DNA of 57,970 bases from a virus (Duplodnaviria > Caudoviricetes), in IMG/VR virus record IMGVR_UViG_3300008217_000010, positions 1 through 57,970 of that record. One strand, given 5' to 3'. The position numbers and the translations under genes were made by a program. A model generated the notes under the pieces. The model was not told where the DNA came from and made no database searches. It saw nothing but the letters and a program-made list of their open reading frames with translations. Positions 46,706-56,451 of the stretch are shown piece by piece (positions within the stretch are counted from its first letter, which is position 1; every line of letters starts with the position of its first letter).

Positions 46706-46740
46706 TAGAGGGAGGAAGGTTTAATCCTTTCCTCCCTCTA
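46706..46740 (-). terminator. intrinsic terminator
   Basis: TAGAGGGAGGAAAGG/CCTTCCTCCCTCTA followed by TCTTTATT on the minus strand. Confidence 0.75.
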
Positions 46741-46763
46741 GTGAAACACTTTAGCTAGTTAGC

Positions 46764-48746
46764 TTATGTGCCTGGGTCAACCACTGTTCCTCCTGTGGCA
46801 TTGTCTCCAACATAGTTTTGAACAATACCCTTGTTCATCTTGTCGATAGTAATTGGAGTTACACTGCAATATGCAAAATAGTTTTCAGATACTAAACTGA
46901 GAATCTCCAACTCAGTCATAGCAGCCGCAAAGAAGATACCAACTCCATCTTCACCAGCATCCAGTGGCCCTATAAAGCTGTTTCGACGGATTATGTTAGC
47001 GTAAGACTTATTAGCCGCAGCCGCGTTATCGAGGAAGTCTAAGCCATAGCAGTCAGCGTCAGCAGATTCTAACTCAAAGACACAATCCTCAATCAGGCTT
47101 TGCAGTAACCCTCCAACTCCAATTTGGATGTAACTAACCTGACCAACAGTACCTGAACCACCGTGGAAGCGGCAATTTTTAATGACTACTCCAGTAGTCG
47201 CGTTAGTAGCATCATTAATTGCAATAGCAAAGATGTTAGATACATTTACGTCGTTAAGGTCAAACCAACAGTCAATAAAGTGTGCTCCAACAACTGCTGT
47301 AGTTTGAGATATAGCTACAGTTCGAAGTGCTGTAGTACCTCCAGCTACTAACAGGAACTCAATACCTTCGAACACTACACCATCAACATCTAACAGCACA
47401 AGGTCTGCACCATCATCAGCATCATGTGTAATTATTGTAGTAGGCTTTCCACCTTTAGGTGCAACTGCCGTAACAAATCTAGTGTCAGCTTTAGGTGACA
47501 AAGCAGCAGCAGAAACATCTACTGAGTGTGTACCTGGGCCAAGGACAATTGTATCTCCAGCAGAGGAATTAGTTATCGCTTGTGCTATAGTAGCAAGTGG
47601 TTCATTCGGGTCAAGTCCATTACCCGTAGCAGAATCATTACCACCGGAAGCTGCTACGTAGTAAACACTTCCCAGAGGGTTAATTCCACCCGGAACAGAG
47701 TTACGAGCAGATACCCATGAAAGTGCTTCAGCCATAGAAACAGCATCAGCGGGAGAAGCAGGCTCAGGAAAAGTTGCAATACCAGCAGCACCAGAAAGAA
47801 CTGAGGTGATAGTATCAATCTTACCTTCTACTGATGCTCCAATGATAGCACCAACAACTTCACCTGAATCAGCATCTACACCAACACCGAAGCATTGGTA
47901 GAATTGCATATCATTTGCAGCGGTAATGTAAGTCGTACCAGATGCAACTCTAATATGACAATTTCTCATAGTACCGCTAGTGGTAGCTGTCAAAAGAACT
48001 GCTACTGTCGGGCCAGTTTCTTGATTCTCAATAACGCAGTTGTCTATGAGGATTGAGTCACTTGTAGTGGCATCTTCAATGATACCCGTAGCTGCAAAAG
48101 CTACTAGCCAGCAATTTCTGATAACAGCGTGGTCAGCACCGTTAAGCTGGATTATGCTTTGTTGAGCGGTTCCACCTAAGTCTCCATCAGAATGATAAAC
48201 GAAGTGGTCAATTATCATCCTTAATGGAGTTGAAGCAGTTACAATGACATCTGTAGTCTCATAGTTGTTTATCGCATCATCACGATACTCGCAATCAATG
48301 AACTTACAGTCGTCTGCGCTAATCTCAATCGGGCCAGTCAGAGCATCAATTCCTGCTTTGAACAAAATGTTCTTTACAGTTACGTCAGCAGCAGCGAGTT
48401 TAAAATCAGCAGTAGCAGCAGTAGTAAAGGTAAGTGTTGGTCGGTTTTCTCCACTTCCTAGACCTATAACTGTGACACCAGCTACGTCAATGTCTACACC
48501 TGAGTCAGATACTAAGCTTTCAGCATGATTAGGCATTACAACGACGTAATCACCTTTATCAGCAGTACACTTGTTAACTGCTGCATCTATAGTAGCTAAC
48601 GCTTGAGTAGGGTCTTTCCCATCATTGGTATCACTACCAGTTACAGAGTCTACAAAGAAAATTGAACCAGTGGTAACAATTTCTCCTGAGCCTAACAAAG
48701 GAATCCCAAAACTAGAGACTCCATTAGGGTAAGCTGTAATAGTCAT
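46764..48746 (-). CDS. pectin-lyase-like beta-helix virion protein with two tandem domains
   Basis: FFVDSVTGSD..DG.DP..ALATI..A and YYVAASGGND...NG.DP..PLATI..A, each followed by (I/F)x(D/N)C coils. Confidence 0.8.
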   Translation of the reverse strand: MTITAYPNGVSSFGIPLLGSGEIVTTGSIFFVDSVTGSDTNDGKDPTQALATIDAAVNKCTADKGDYVVVMPNHAESLVSDSGVDIDVAGVTVIGLGSGENRPTLTFTTAATADFKLAAADVTVKNILFKAGIDALTGPIEISADDCKFIDCEYRDDAINNYETTDVIVTASTPLRMIIDHFVYHSDGDLGGTAQQSIIQLNGADHAVIRNCWLVAFAATGIIEDATTSDSILIDNCVIENQETGPTVAVLLTATTSGTMRNCHIRVASGTTYITAANDMQFYQCFGVGVDADSGEVVGAIIGASVEGKIDTITSVLSGAAGIATFPEPASPADAVSMAEALSWVSARNSVPGGINPLGSVYYVAASGGNDSATGNGLDPNEPLATIAQAITNSSAGDTIVLGPGTHSVDVSAAALSPKADTRFVTAVAPKGGKPTTIITHDADDGADLVLLDVDGVVFEGIEFLLVAGGTTALRTVAISQTTAVVGAHFIDCWFDLNDVNVSNIFAIAINDATNATTGVVIKNCRFHGGSGTVGQVSYIQIGVGGLLQSLIEDCVFELESADADCYGLDFLDNAAAANKSYANIIRRNSFIGPLDAGEDGVGIFFAAAMTELEILSLVSENYFAYCSVTPITIDKMNKGIVQNYVGDNATGGTVVDPGT

Positions 48747-48775
48747 TGTCGGTACCTATCCTTTAATCGCTTCGT

Positions 48776-49063
48776 CTAATGCTCGTGCACTTCTTCCATA
48801 GCTTGTGCAACATATTCGTCTACCATTTCTCGTCTAGCTATAGACAGTTTTAGTAGAGTGTCACCGTTAAAAGAATAACCGTCTACACTAACCATGCCTG
48901 TCTTATAACCAACTCTTTCTTTAAGAGTACCTGATTTATCGTAAATATCAAGACAATGAGAAACTCTATTAGAGCTAGCATCTTGTACGACTACAACACT
49001 AACTCGAGTTTCATATTCTGTGCCTTCATCTACGACAATCATTTCTCCGACTGGAGCACCCAT
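48776..49063 (-). CDS. hypothetical protein
   Basis: GAGGAG RBS before MGAPVG. Confidence 0.6.
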   Translation of the reverse strand: MGAPVGEMIVVDEGTEYETRVSVVVVQDASSNRVSHCLDIYDKSGTLKERVGYKTGMVSVDGYSFNGDTLLKLSIARREMVDEYVAQAMEEVHEH

Positions 49064-49077
49064 ATCTTTCTCCTCTA

Positions 49078-49118
49078 TGAGAGGATAGAGGCCCAACACC
49101 ACAACCTCTATCCTCTCA
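49078..49118 (-). terminator. 14-bp hairpin after the capsid gene
   Basis: TGAGAGGATAGAGG / CCTCTATCCTCTCA. Confidence 0.65.
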
Positions 49119-49135
49119 AGCTCAGGAATTACTTG

Positions 49136-51823
49136 TTATGCTACGATAGAGGCTACTGAACCACGATAGTCTAGCCAACCACCACCATAGCGGTGTCGTA
49201 TCTTGTAGTTTAGGACATCATGAGTAAACATCATTCCCATCAAAGGGTCTGATTGTACGAACAACTCAGGCTCACGTCGTCCATTCAAGAATCCCATTTC
49301 CAACATTTCCAGTTGGTCTTTACCTGACATCAAGTACCAGTTGTTTACATCAGTAAACTGAGGAACCTCAATAACAGTAAAGGTATTTGCAAAGATGTTA
49401 TTTGCGTTGTTAGCAGAGTCAGGCACTAATAGTGAACCCTGAATCTGGAGTGCAGTCTCACGAAGTTCATTCGGAATTAACAGATGAGCAGGAGTTAGAC
49501 CAATTCGCTTTTGAGACTTGTCTGACATAATACGAATACGTTGGTCTGCATCCTTAAATGATGCCCTGTTAAGGTTGCTTGTGATTCTATTGTTATGTTC
49601 AGTAGTTGTACTACCTTGGAACACATTATCAGTACCAGCGTCAGCGACACCATCTTGTCCAGTGTCTACAAAGACAGGGCCATCACCAGAATTTTGAGTG
49701 AACAAGTTCGAGACATATTCATTCAAGGTAATTCCAGCAGACCTACCAAGTTCATCAGCAGCGCGAGTGAGGGCACGAAGGTCATCGTCTACTATAGCTC
49801 GTTGAGCAATTGGGACGAGGTTTCCGTACTCTGTAGGAGTGAACTGGTGGAGTTGCTCAGCCCAAGTTAGCTCTGCATATTCAGCACCACCTGTAGTCCT
49901 CTCTGAAAGAGCACCCAGAGACTCAACTCTGTTACGGTCTTGCTGTTTAAGGTTATTCAAAGTGGTAATAGTAGTGAATGGTTCCCACCACATTACCTGT
50001 CTGCGATATTGAGCAAGTAGACGACGGTTAATAGAGACACCTAGAACGTTAGCAAAGGTAACTGTTCCACCACCAACAACTTTAGCGGCTGTAGGAGTAG
50101 AACCAGCACCTTCACGGATTCTATCGTCTAGTGGAATAGCACCCCACGTAAACTCATAGTCTCCTGTCATCATTACATAAGCTTCTCTAATACCACTCAA
50201 GCGAGGAATATTAGAGTGCTCATCAGCAATAGGAAGCTCAAACAGTCTGTCCATAGCAATTTGCATCTTATCAGTTTCGTCGATAAGATACGCTTGGGAA
50301 GGTAAAGCAAATGACTTGTTACCTATTGGAGCCATTTCAGCAGCCGCTTCACGGTATATACTGATTTGCTCATCAACATCCTTATCATCTACTACCTTGC
50401 CAATAAACTGCTTTCGCAAGGATTCGCGTAGAGGCTCAGGAAGATTGCTCTCCTTGATTTTCTCAGTAACTAAATCGTTACTATCACGAATCGCCATTCT
50501 GTCAAGTAGAAGCTCCACTCGCTCTTTAGCAGAGGTCTTATCTACATTGCCAGATTCCCGAAGTTTCTCATCCGGCTTGAGTTCCGGTTCTGGCTCAGGT
50601 TCAGGTTTAGAGTCACCTTCCGATTTAGCTGCTTCTGCTGCCGCAAGTGACATCCTTAGCATATCCTCATAAAGCGTAGGATTAGCCTCTTTGAGCTCTT
50701 CTGCGGTCATTGTCTCTAACGACATAATTTCGCTCCTAATTTTTTGTGCATCAGACTCTCGAATAGCCTCTAGTACTTTTCCGCCAGCACCAGGGACATC
50801 TACAAGGTCTACAGAACGCACCATTGTAATAGCCTCTGAATACTTGACAGTTTTGCCATCTACTTGTTTAAAGGAGTTTTTACCTAATCCTAGTAAAGAT
50901 AGACCTATAAGATCCAACTTGTTAGCTTCTTGAAGCTCAACTAGCTGTTCCCTTAAGTAATCCTTCCCAGAATGAGCTAAAATATGCCAATCGGCATAAA
51001 GACCATCTCCCTCCTTTAGTGTAACATTTTCAAACCAGCCCACTAGATTTTCAGTAGGTCTGTCACCACCTTGAAAATTCTCATCGGGATGATTAACATA
51101 TGAACGCGCTCCCTCGAAAAGCGGAATAGCCTCTCTGAGAACGTCAGCAGGAAAGTATCTACCAGATGCAGTATGACCTTCTACTATAAGACGTACATTC
51201 CAAACTGAACCATCTTGAGATATTCCACTTTTAACACTGGAAGATTCACGAAAGTTTTCTAATCCAGTAAGGTCAGTAGGAACCAAACCCTCTTTGAGGT
51301 CAGGCATTTTATTTTTCTTGTTTTTAGGTTTGTCCTTACTCTCAGAAACTTTCTCCTCTTCTGGAGTAACCTTCTTGTTTTTTACTGCTCGCTTTTTTCC
51401 GTTTCCTGTATCTTCGTTATCACTTTCTCTGTCATTGGCAAGAGCCAGTTTATTACTTCTTGAGAGATTACTAATACTCTCTTGAAGGTCTGCAAACTTG
51501 CTAATGGAATCTGGCGTAGGAGAAACGGAACGTACTTCTTGACTAAGTTTGTCATGTGCGGTATCAAGTGCCTCTTCTATCCCACCTTCAGAAGTAGGAA
51601 CGGGGAACCTATCAAGAATACTCTGCAACCCTTCAGGTTCCATTTGAGCTCTTGCTATTACATATGTTTGAAGTAGGTACTCAAGCGAGTAACGCATTGA
51701 GTAGTCTAATTTATCTTCTACAGCCAGTAATGCTTGAGCAACTGCTCCCAAATCTTCGGGACAGTATTGGCAATGCTCCCTTATTACTGATAGAATCTCG
51801 ATTTTTTCTGAGGTAGTTGTCAT
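49136..51823 (-). CDS. fused prohead protease - scaffold - major capsid protein (Mu gpT-like C-terminus)
   Basis: Protease motifs YVNH...GLS...SVDLVDVPGAGG, acidic coiled-coil region, capsid motifs AIVDDDLRAL, P.HLLIP.EL, WYL, FLNGRREPE, YKIRH.YG....DYRG. Confidence 0.88.
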   Translation of the reverse strand: MTTTSEKIEILSVIREHCQYCPEDLGAVAQALLAVEDKLDYSMRYSLEYLLQTYVIARAQMEPEGLQSILDRFPVPTSEGGIEEALDTAHDKLSQEVRSVSPTPDSISKFADLQESISNLSRSNKLALANDRESDNEDTGNGKKRAVKNKKVTPEEEKVSESKDKPKNKKNKMPDLKEGLVPTDLTGLENFRESSSVKSGISQDGSVWNVRLIVEGHTASGRYFPADVLREAIPLFEGARSYVNHPDENFQGGDRPTENLVGWFENVTLKEGDGLYADWHILAHSGKDYLREQLVELQEANKLDLIGLSLLGLGKNSFKQVDGKTVKYSEAITMVRSVDLVDVPGAGGKVLEAIRESDAQKIRSEIMSLETMTAEELKEANPTLYEDMLRMSLAAAEAAKSEGDSKPEPEPEPELKPDEKLRESGNVDKTSAKERVELLLDRMAIRDSNDLVTEKIKESNLPEPLRESLRKQFIGKVVDDKDVDEQISIYREAAAEMAPIGNKSFALPSQAYLIDETDKMQIAMDRLFELPIADEHSNIPRLSGIREAYVMMTGDYEFTWGAIPLDDRIREGAGSTPTAAKVVGGGTVTFANVLGVSINRRLLAQYRRQVMWWEPFTTITTLNNLKQQDRNRVESLGALSERTTGGAEYAELTWAEQLHQFTPTEYGNLVPIAQRAIVDDDLRALTRAADELGRSAGITLNEYVSNLFTQNSGDGPVFVDTGQDGVADAGTDNVFQGSTTTEHNNRITSNLNRASFKDADQRIRIMSDKSQKRIGLTPAHLLIPNELRETALQIQGSLLVPDSANNANNIFANTFTVIEVPQFTDVNNWYLMSGKDQLEMLEMGFLNGRREPELFVQSDPLMGMMFTHDVLNYKIRHRYGGGWLDYRGSVASIVA

Positions 51824-51863
51824 AAGTATCCGAATAACCCTTTCTCTCAGATTTGTAAGTAAT

Positions 51864-51893
51864 ATTATATCAAGTTTCGTTTACGGGTGTCAA
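51864..51893 (-). promoter_or_regulatory. sigma70-type promoter for the capsid operon
   Basis: TTGACA-18 bp-TATAAT with extended -10 TG. Confidence 0.7.
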
Positions 51894-51926
51894 TACCAGA
51901 TTCGTGCCTAATTTGGGCTATTTTTA

Positions 51927-52271
51927 CTAGACGCGACACTCGATAAGAAAAGTGGCTTCATAAGTATCAGTACCATCTGAGAAATTAACATGAACTCTAT
52001 AGAATTTACCTAATGTCAAATCTTGCATTAATGGTAAAGTAATATTGTTAGCAGTCTCAGAAGCAGCACCACTATAAAATAAAGTAGATTCAAGATTAAC
52101 AGTAGGGTCTAAGATATCAACTACTTTTAGAATAGTAGGTGTACCAGTAATCTCAATACCCCAAGGAGTCATATCAAGAACATATGTTATCTTTTCAGAC
52201 GGAGAGTGAATGACTCTTTGTTTAGCCTCAAGACTTATTCCACGCTTGTTAAAAGTAATATTAACTGCCAT
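51927..52271 (-). CDS. small beta-sandwich virion protein
   Basis: P.EK.TY.LD...W...G.FYRV pattern. Confidence 0.55.
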   Translation of the reverse strand: MAVNITFNKRGISLEAKQRVIHSPSEKITYVLDMTPWGIEITGTPTILKVVDILDPTVNLESTLFYSGAASETANNITLPLMQDLTLGKFYRVHVNFSDGTDTYEATFLIECRV

Positions 52272-52604
52272 TTACAAATTTCCTGTCTGTATAAGAATTT
52301 GCCAGAGAGCTACTAATACACCCGTAGTAGCTGCTGTAACTAACGCTCCAGCATTAAAAGTTTCCCTTTTAGTTCTTTTACCATTTCCATTTTGAAAGTC
52401 GTGCCTATCCCTAACCTCGTTACGATGGTCGTCTAAAGAAAGATGAACATTGTTAATTGCTGTCTCGATTTTATCGAACTTAGTATTAGACTCTAATCTA
52501 CCCTCTTTGAGCTCGTCAGCTAATCTGTCAGCTTTTTCATTTGCTAACTTAGTATAAATTTCAACAGCTACTAAGCGTTCCTTGTTTGTAGGTTGTTTTG
52601 CCAT
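52272..52604 (-). CDS. coiled-coil protein with C-terminal TM helix (holin/XhlA-like candidate)
   Basis: ERLVAVE, coiled coil, then ALVTAATTGVLVALWQILI. Confidence 0.55.
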   Translation of the reverse strand: MAKQPTNKERLVAVEIYTKLANEKADRLADELKEGRLESNTKFDKIETAINNVHLSLDDHRNEVRDRHDFQNGNGKRTKRETFNAGALVTAATTGVLVALWQILIQTGNL

Positions 52605-54199
52605 TAGTCAGCCTCAACAAGTTCTGGTTCATCCTCTTGACCTTGTTTGTATAAGTCCTTTAGTTCAAAATTAGGAAGAATCCTATCTTCAATACTGTAC
52701 TCTTCTGTTTCAAACTTCTTAAGAGTTTCTAAGTCCTCTGCACTTAATTGGATGAGTCTACTTTGTCTTGGCTTATCACCAATGCCATTTTGTGATAATC
52801 TATCTTCTTCAGCAGCGTTATTACCACTCACAGGGTCTGTCATTTCATTCATCATAGCTAGGCCACTTTCATGGTCTATATGGTCTAACAAGCTATGCAT
52901 AACCTTCTTAATACGTTTTTGGTCTTGTTCCTCAAGTGTAAGGACAGTTTCAGCTCTACCTACTTGACCAATAAACCCACCAAGGTTACGTAATGATTGA
53001 GTCATGCGTTGCATATCACGCATAGATATTTTAGGCATGAACACTTCGACATATCTATCTAAGTCTGAATCTATCTCATTATGTATCTCTGCTTGGTCAA
53101 TGACGAATTCTAGAATTTCAAGAATCATATCTCGCCAAGTGTATTGTCTATCTGATAATGTCTTAAACACCCATTCATTAACATCACCAGAAGCTTGTCG
53201 TCCTCGTCCAGAAGGGTCTCCAAAAGCTTGAGTGGACAAACCAGTACCACCCATAATCATATTTAGAAAGTTTTGAGAATCTTGAACTGCATCATCTGAG
53301 TGCATTTCAGGAGCAATAGCTTGACGTTTCTCTTTCTCGTTATGAACGTAGAACTTACCAGAACGTGCATTACGTTCTTGAAGTATCATATCTGTCATTC
53401 GCTCATCAATCTCACTTGAATTTGCTCCTTCTATGGTAATATCCCAAAGAAAGGTATTCATATAAGATTGACGTTCAGCCCTATTAAACATAAATTGCTC
53501 ATATATATCAAGCCAATCAGCTATAGCAAATAAATCAGAAGAACCACGAAGGTTATCCATTGGCTTGTTAATAGCAAAAAAGAAAGCATCTCCATCGTAT
53601 CTAAGAAAAGAGTCACTATTAGTATCTGTAACAACCTTAATTACTTGAAGTATCTGCTCAGAAACTGGAGTTCCATCAGCTTGCTTTCCCTCTTTAATTA
53701 TAATCTGTTCAGGCTCAAAGGTATTTCGTATATTTGGAAGTACCTGCTTAATCACAGCAGGATGCCCATTACCAAGAATAACAGCACCGTTAATGTCATT
53801 GACATAAGCTGGCATTAAGGCTTCGCCGTAAATAGAGTGAGAAACAACTCGTTCACGAATATATTTACGCCAATTATTCCTTCGGCTATTCATAAATCGT
53901 TGAACAACTCTGTCTACATTAGAGTCCCTAGCCTTAACTATAATACCTTCTCCAACAACGAACGCTTTAATTACTTCTACAATCCGATGTGCAATTGCGT
54001 TTCTGCGGTATAAGTAGGAAGCAATCTCGAACATCCTATCCTGTTGAAAGGCTGGAAGGTCACGTTGACCAACAGATAAAGGAGTCCAACCGATATTCTC
54101 AACATCATCTAAGTTAGTTTGTCCGGTTGTACCATATGGAAGGTTAAGCTTAAATATGCTCTGTGCTACTCTTTGAACAGCATTAAGTTTTCTAACCAT
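52604..54199 (-). CDS. portal protein
   Basis: 531 aa directly after TerL. N.IA.RIVE....FVVGEG...YGE...RG.SDL...DWLD pattern. Confidence 0.85.
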   Translation of the reverse strand: MVRKLNAVQRVAQSIFKLNLPYGTTGQTNLDDVENIGWTPLSVGQRDLPAFQQDRMFEIASYLYRRNAIAHRIVEVIKAFVVGEGIIVKARDSNVDRVVQRFMNSRRNNWRKYIRERVVSHSIYGEALMPAYVNDINGAVILGNGHPAVIKQVLPNIRNTFEPEQIIIKEGKQADGTPVSEQILQVIKVVTDTNSDSFLRYDGDAFFFAINKPMDNLRGSSDLFAIADWLDIYEQFMFNRAERQSYMNTFLWDITIEGANSSEIDERMTDMILQERNARSGKFYVHNEKEKRQAIAPEMHSDDAVQDSQNFLNMIMGGTGLSTQAFGDPSGRGRQASGDVNEWVFKTLSDRQYTWRDMILEILEFVIDQAEIHNEIDSDLDRYVEVFMPKISMRDMQRMTQSLRNLGGFIGQVGRAETVLTLEEQDQKRIKKVMHSLLDHIDHESGLAMMNEMTDPVSGNNAAEEDRLSQNGIGDKPRQSRLIQLSAEDLETLKKFETEEYSIEDRILPNFELKDLYKQGQEDEPELVEAD

Positions 54200-55121
54200 C
54201 TCTTCTATTCATCCTTAAATCAGGCTTTGATTCATGTCGGAATAAGCCAACCTTTCGGATACTACTTTGCGAAGTGTCACCATAGTAGTTTTCAAGTATT
54301 TTCTTTTCCTCATCAGTTAATATCCTGTTACTTTTAACAAGACTACGGTTGGCAAATTCAATTGCCTCTTCTGCTGTACCAGGTTCCATTATACCATAAG
54401 GAATCGTATTATCTATTAATGAAGATATTACACCTGCAACAGCATCTATTGTATCATCATGTAAGCCTGCGGGGAATTGAGTCCATTCTTCTACAAAAGG
54501 GAGAAACTCTTGTATTGGAACCCAACGCCCGATGTCGTCTTTATTGCCAGGTAAAAGTGCTCTGGAGGCATTGAAGTGGTTGGCAGCAACCTCGAACTTA
54601 TTCTTTTTATCTGAACGATGCCAAGAGGCAGGAGGTGTAGTAATATGGTACATAGTTTCTTTTTGAATGTACTCAACAAAATATAACTGTTGTCCTCCAG
54701 CTTCTATAACAAATTCGTCAACATGCCAAATAGCATACTTATCGTGAATGTAATCCAATTGTGCTTCAATAGGAGCTTTAGTACGAAGTAAATCTAATAG
54801 ATAAATTCGGTTATTAGCTCTACCAGCAACAGCCATTGCGAAAAAGTCAGACGACTTCGTTTTACTGATAGCAGGGTCAATAAATGCCACTATTTTCTCA
54901 AAGGATAGTGGCATTTCATTAGTATGGTCGTAAAAGTGTAACCACTCAAGCTTTAGTTCATTACCCATTAAGTCAATAGGTGACGACTGATATTGAGAGG
55001 CAAAGGAAATTGGCCCTAATTCATTCTTCCAAGCTTCTAAAACATCAATTGGAAAAGCTTCAGGCCAATAGCTTGTATTATCGTCTTGTATTGCCTTGTA
55101 GACTACTATCTTGCCCGGCAT
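54192..55121 (-). CDS. terminase large subunit, C-terminal nuclease part
   Basis: YWPE.F...FASQYQ..P, FIDPA....SDF, IE, FP.G.HDDTIDA. Confidence 0.88.
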   Translation of the reverse strand: MPGKIVVYKAIQDDNTSYWPEAFPIDVLEAWKNELGPISFASQYQSSPIDLMGNELKLEWLHFYDHTNEMPLSFEKIVAFIDPAISKTKSSDFFAMAVAGRANNRIYLLDLLRTKAPIEAQLDYIHDKYAIWHVDEFVIEAGGQQLYFVEYIQKETMYHITTPPASWHRSDKKNKFEVAANHFNASRALLPGNKDDIGRWVPIQEFLPFVEEWTQFPAGLHDDTIDAVAGVISSLIDNTIPYGIMEPGTAEEAIEFANRSLVKSNRILTDEEKKILENYYGDTSQSSIRKVGLFRHESKPDLRMNRRDG

Positions 55122-55353
55122 TAAGTTTTTTAGCTCTACGTTTTCGTTGACTATGTAATACTTTAGAGTTTACAAAACCTTTGTCTGATGTCTTGTCCCA
55201 ACAATTAACGCATAAACCATCTGCTAAGTCTGTATTTTGATTGGAACAATTTTTGGTACACTTTCCATAAGACCAGACAGGTACACGTATATCTCCCGTG
55301 TCCTGTGGTATTTTAGATTTCCTTCTAGTTGTTGGTAATCCTTGGTCTAACAT
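55078..55353 (-). CDS. small basic zinc-finger protein between the TerL halves
   Basis: CTKNC...LCVNCWD. Confidence 0.6.
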   Translation of the reverse strand: MLDQGLPTTRRKSKIPQDTGDIRVPVWSYGKCTKNCSNQNTDLADGLCVNCWDKTSDKGFVNSKVLHSQRKRRAKKLNAGQDSSLQGNTRR

Positions 55354-55615
55354 CTATACTTGGTGTAGCCTCTTCATTTTGCATCCAATGTCTCATATCA
55401 TCTGGTAGGCCGACAACTGCGAACTTATATCCACAAACATGACCTACACATTGGAATTGATGATTTGAAGTAAATGAACGCTTCATTTCTATATTAACAG
55501 TCCCACAAATGGGACACTTCCAGGCAAACTCTTTCGGGTCGCTAGTACCCCTAACCTCAATTTGTTTCTTTGGTCGATAATTAGGGTCGTATAGTCCTGA
55601 AGGTCTTTCAGCCAT
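55325..55615 (-). CDS. small zinc-ribbon protein between the TerL halves
   Basis: CPICG...CVGHVC, TAATG-coupled to TerL-N. Confidence 0.65.
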   Translation of the reverse strand: MAERPSGLYDPNYRPKKQIEVRGTSDPKEFAWKCPICGTVNIEMKRSFTSNHQFQCVGHVCGYKFAVVGLPDDMRHWMQNEEATPSIDVRPRITNN

Positions 55616-56451
55616 TATGCGTTCATCTCATTTTCTAATTCTCGGAAACGTCTCATTTGATCAAGTACTTCTTCTACCATATTACCTGTTATGGTTGCTC
55701 CGTTGATAGCCATAGTAGACATTATCTCTATATATATGTCTCTGGCGTTCCATCGACTGCCCACTATAACTGTTTGTGTATGAGCGTGTCTACAACCTTT
55801 AAGCTCTTCAGAAAACCAAAATTTAGTGTCAGTTAACTGAGCTTCAGTCTTTACAGAATCCCTATCAATAATGTCGTCAAGAATGATAAGGTCAGCACGA
55901 CGACCCACAACGGCACCACCAACTCCAACTGCAAAGATATTAGCGTCTTTAGCATCTATCCTATATCCTAACTTGTTTCGGTTAGGTCTATCTATGACCA
56001 TCTTCTCAGTTTCATTCCATTTTAGATAAGTCATAGAGCCAGGTGGCTTCATTTGTCCAAATAGTAGTTTGAACTTTTCGTCTTCGAATATAGCTTCCAT
56101 ACTACGAGCAAACGACTGAGCTAGAACAGCAGTATGAGAACCCATTATTACTCGTACACCCCTATCATGGCCAAGCCTATAGGAAGGATAACGAGTGCTA
56201 GCAATAGTAGACTTAGCACTATTACGTGGAATAACAGCCGCAACGTCCTCACCCGTATCTAGAGCGTCACAAAGCTCATTATGGTGAATGTTATTTTTTT
56301 CATCGTAAAGGTACTCATTGAAAGCTTTAAGAGTATTACGAACAGTCATTACTTCTTCGTCAACACTAACTCGTTCCTGTACACCTTTAAAGATGTTAGT
56401 TAGCTTTTCAACGTTCTCTGTTGAAACGTCTATTTGAGGCTGATTAACCAT
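55615..56451 (-). CDS. terminase large subunit, N-terminal ATPase part
   Basis: HH..LC..L, PRNSAKST (Walker A), GRRADLIILDD (Walker B), VIVGSRW (coupling motif). Confidence 0.9.
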   Translation of the reverse strand: MVNQPQIDVSTENVEKLTNIFKGVQERVSVDEEVMTVRNTLKAFNEYLYDEKNNIHHNELCDALDTGEDVAAVIPRNSAKSTIASTRYPSYRLGHDRGVRVIMGSHTAVLAQSFARSMEAIFEDEKFKLLFGQMKPPGSMTYLKWNETEKMVIDRPNRNKLGYRIDAKDANIFAVGVGGAVVGRRADLIILDDIIDRDSVKTEAQLTDTKFWFSEELKGCRHAHTQTVIVGSRWNARDIYIEIMSTMAINGATITGNMVEEVLDQMRRFRELENEMNA

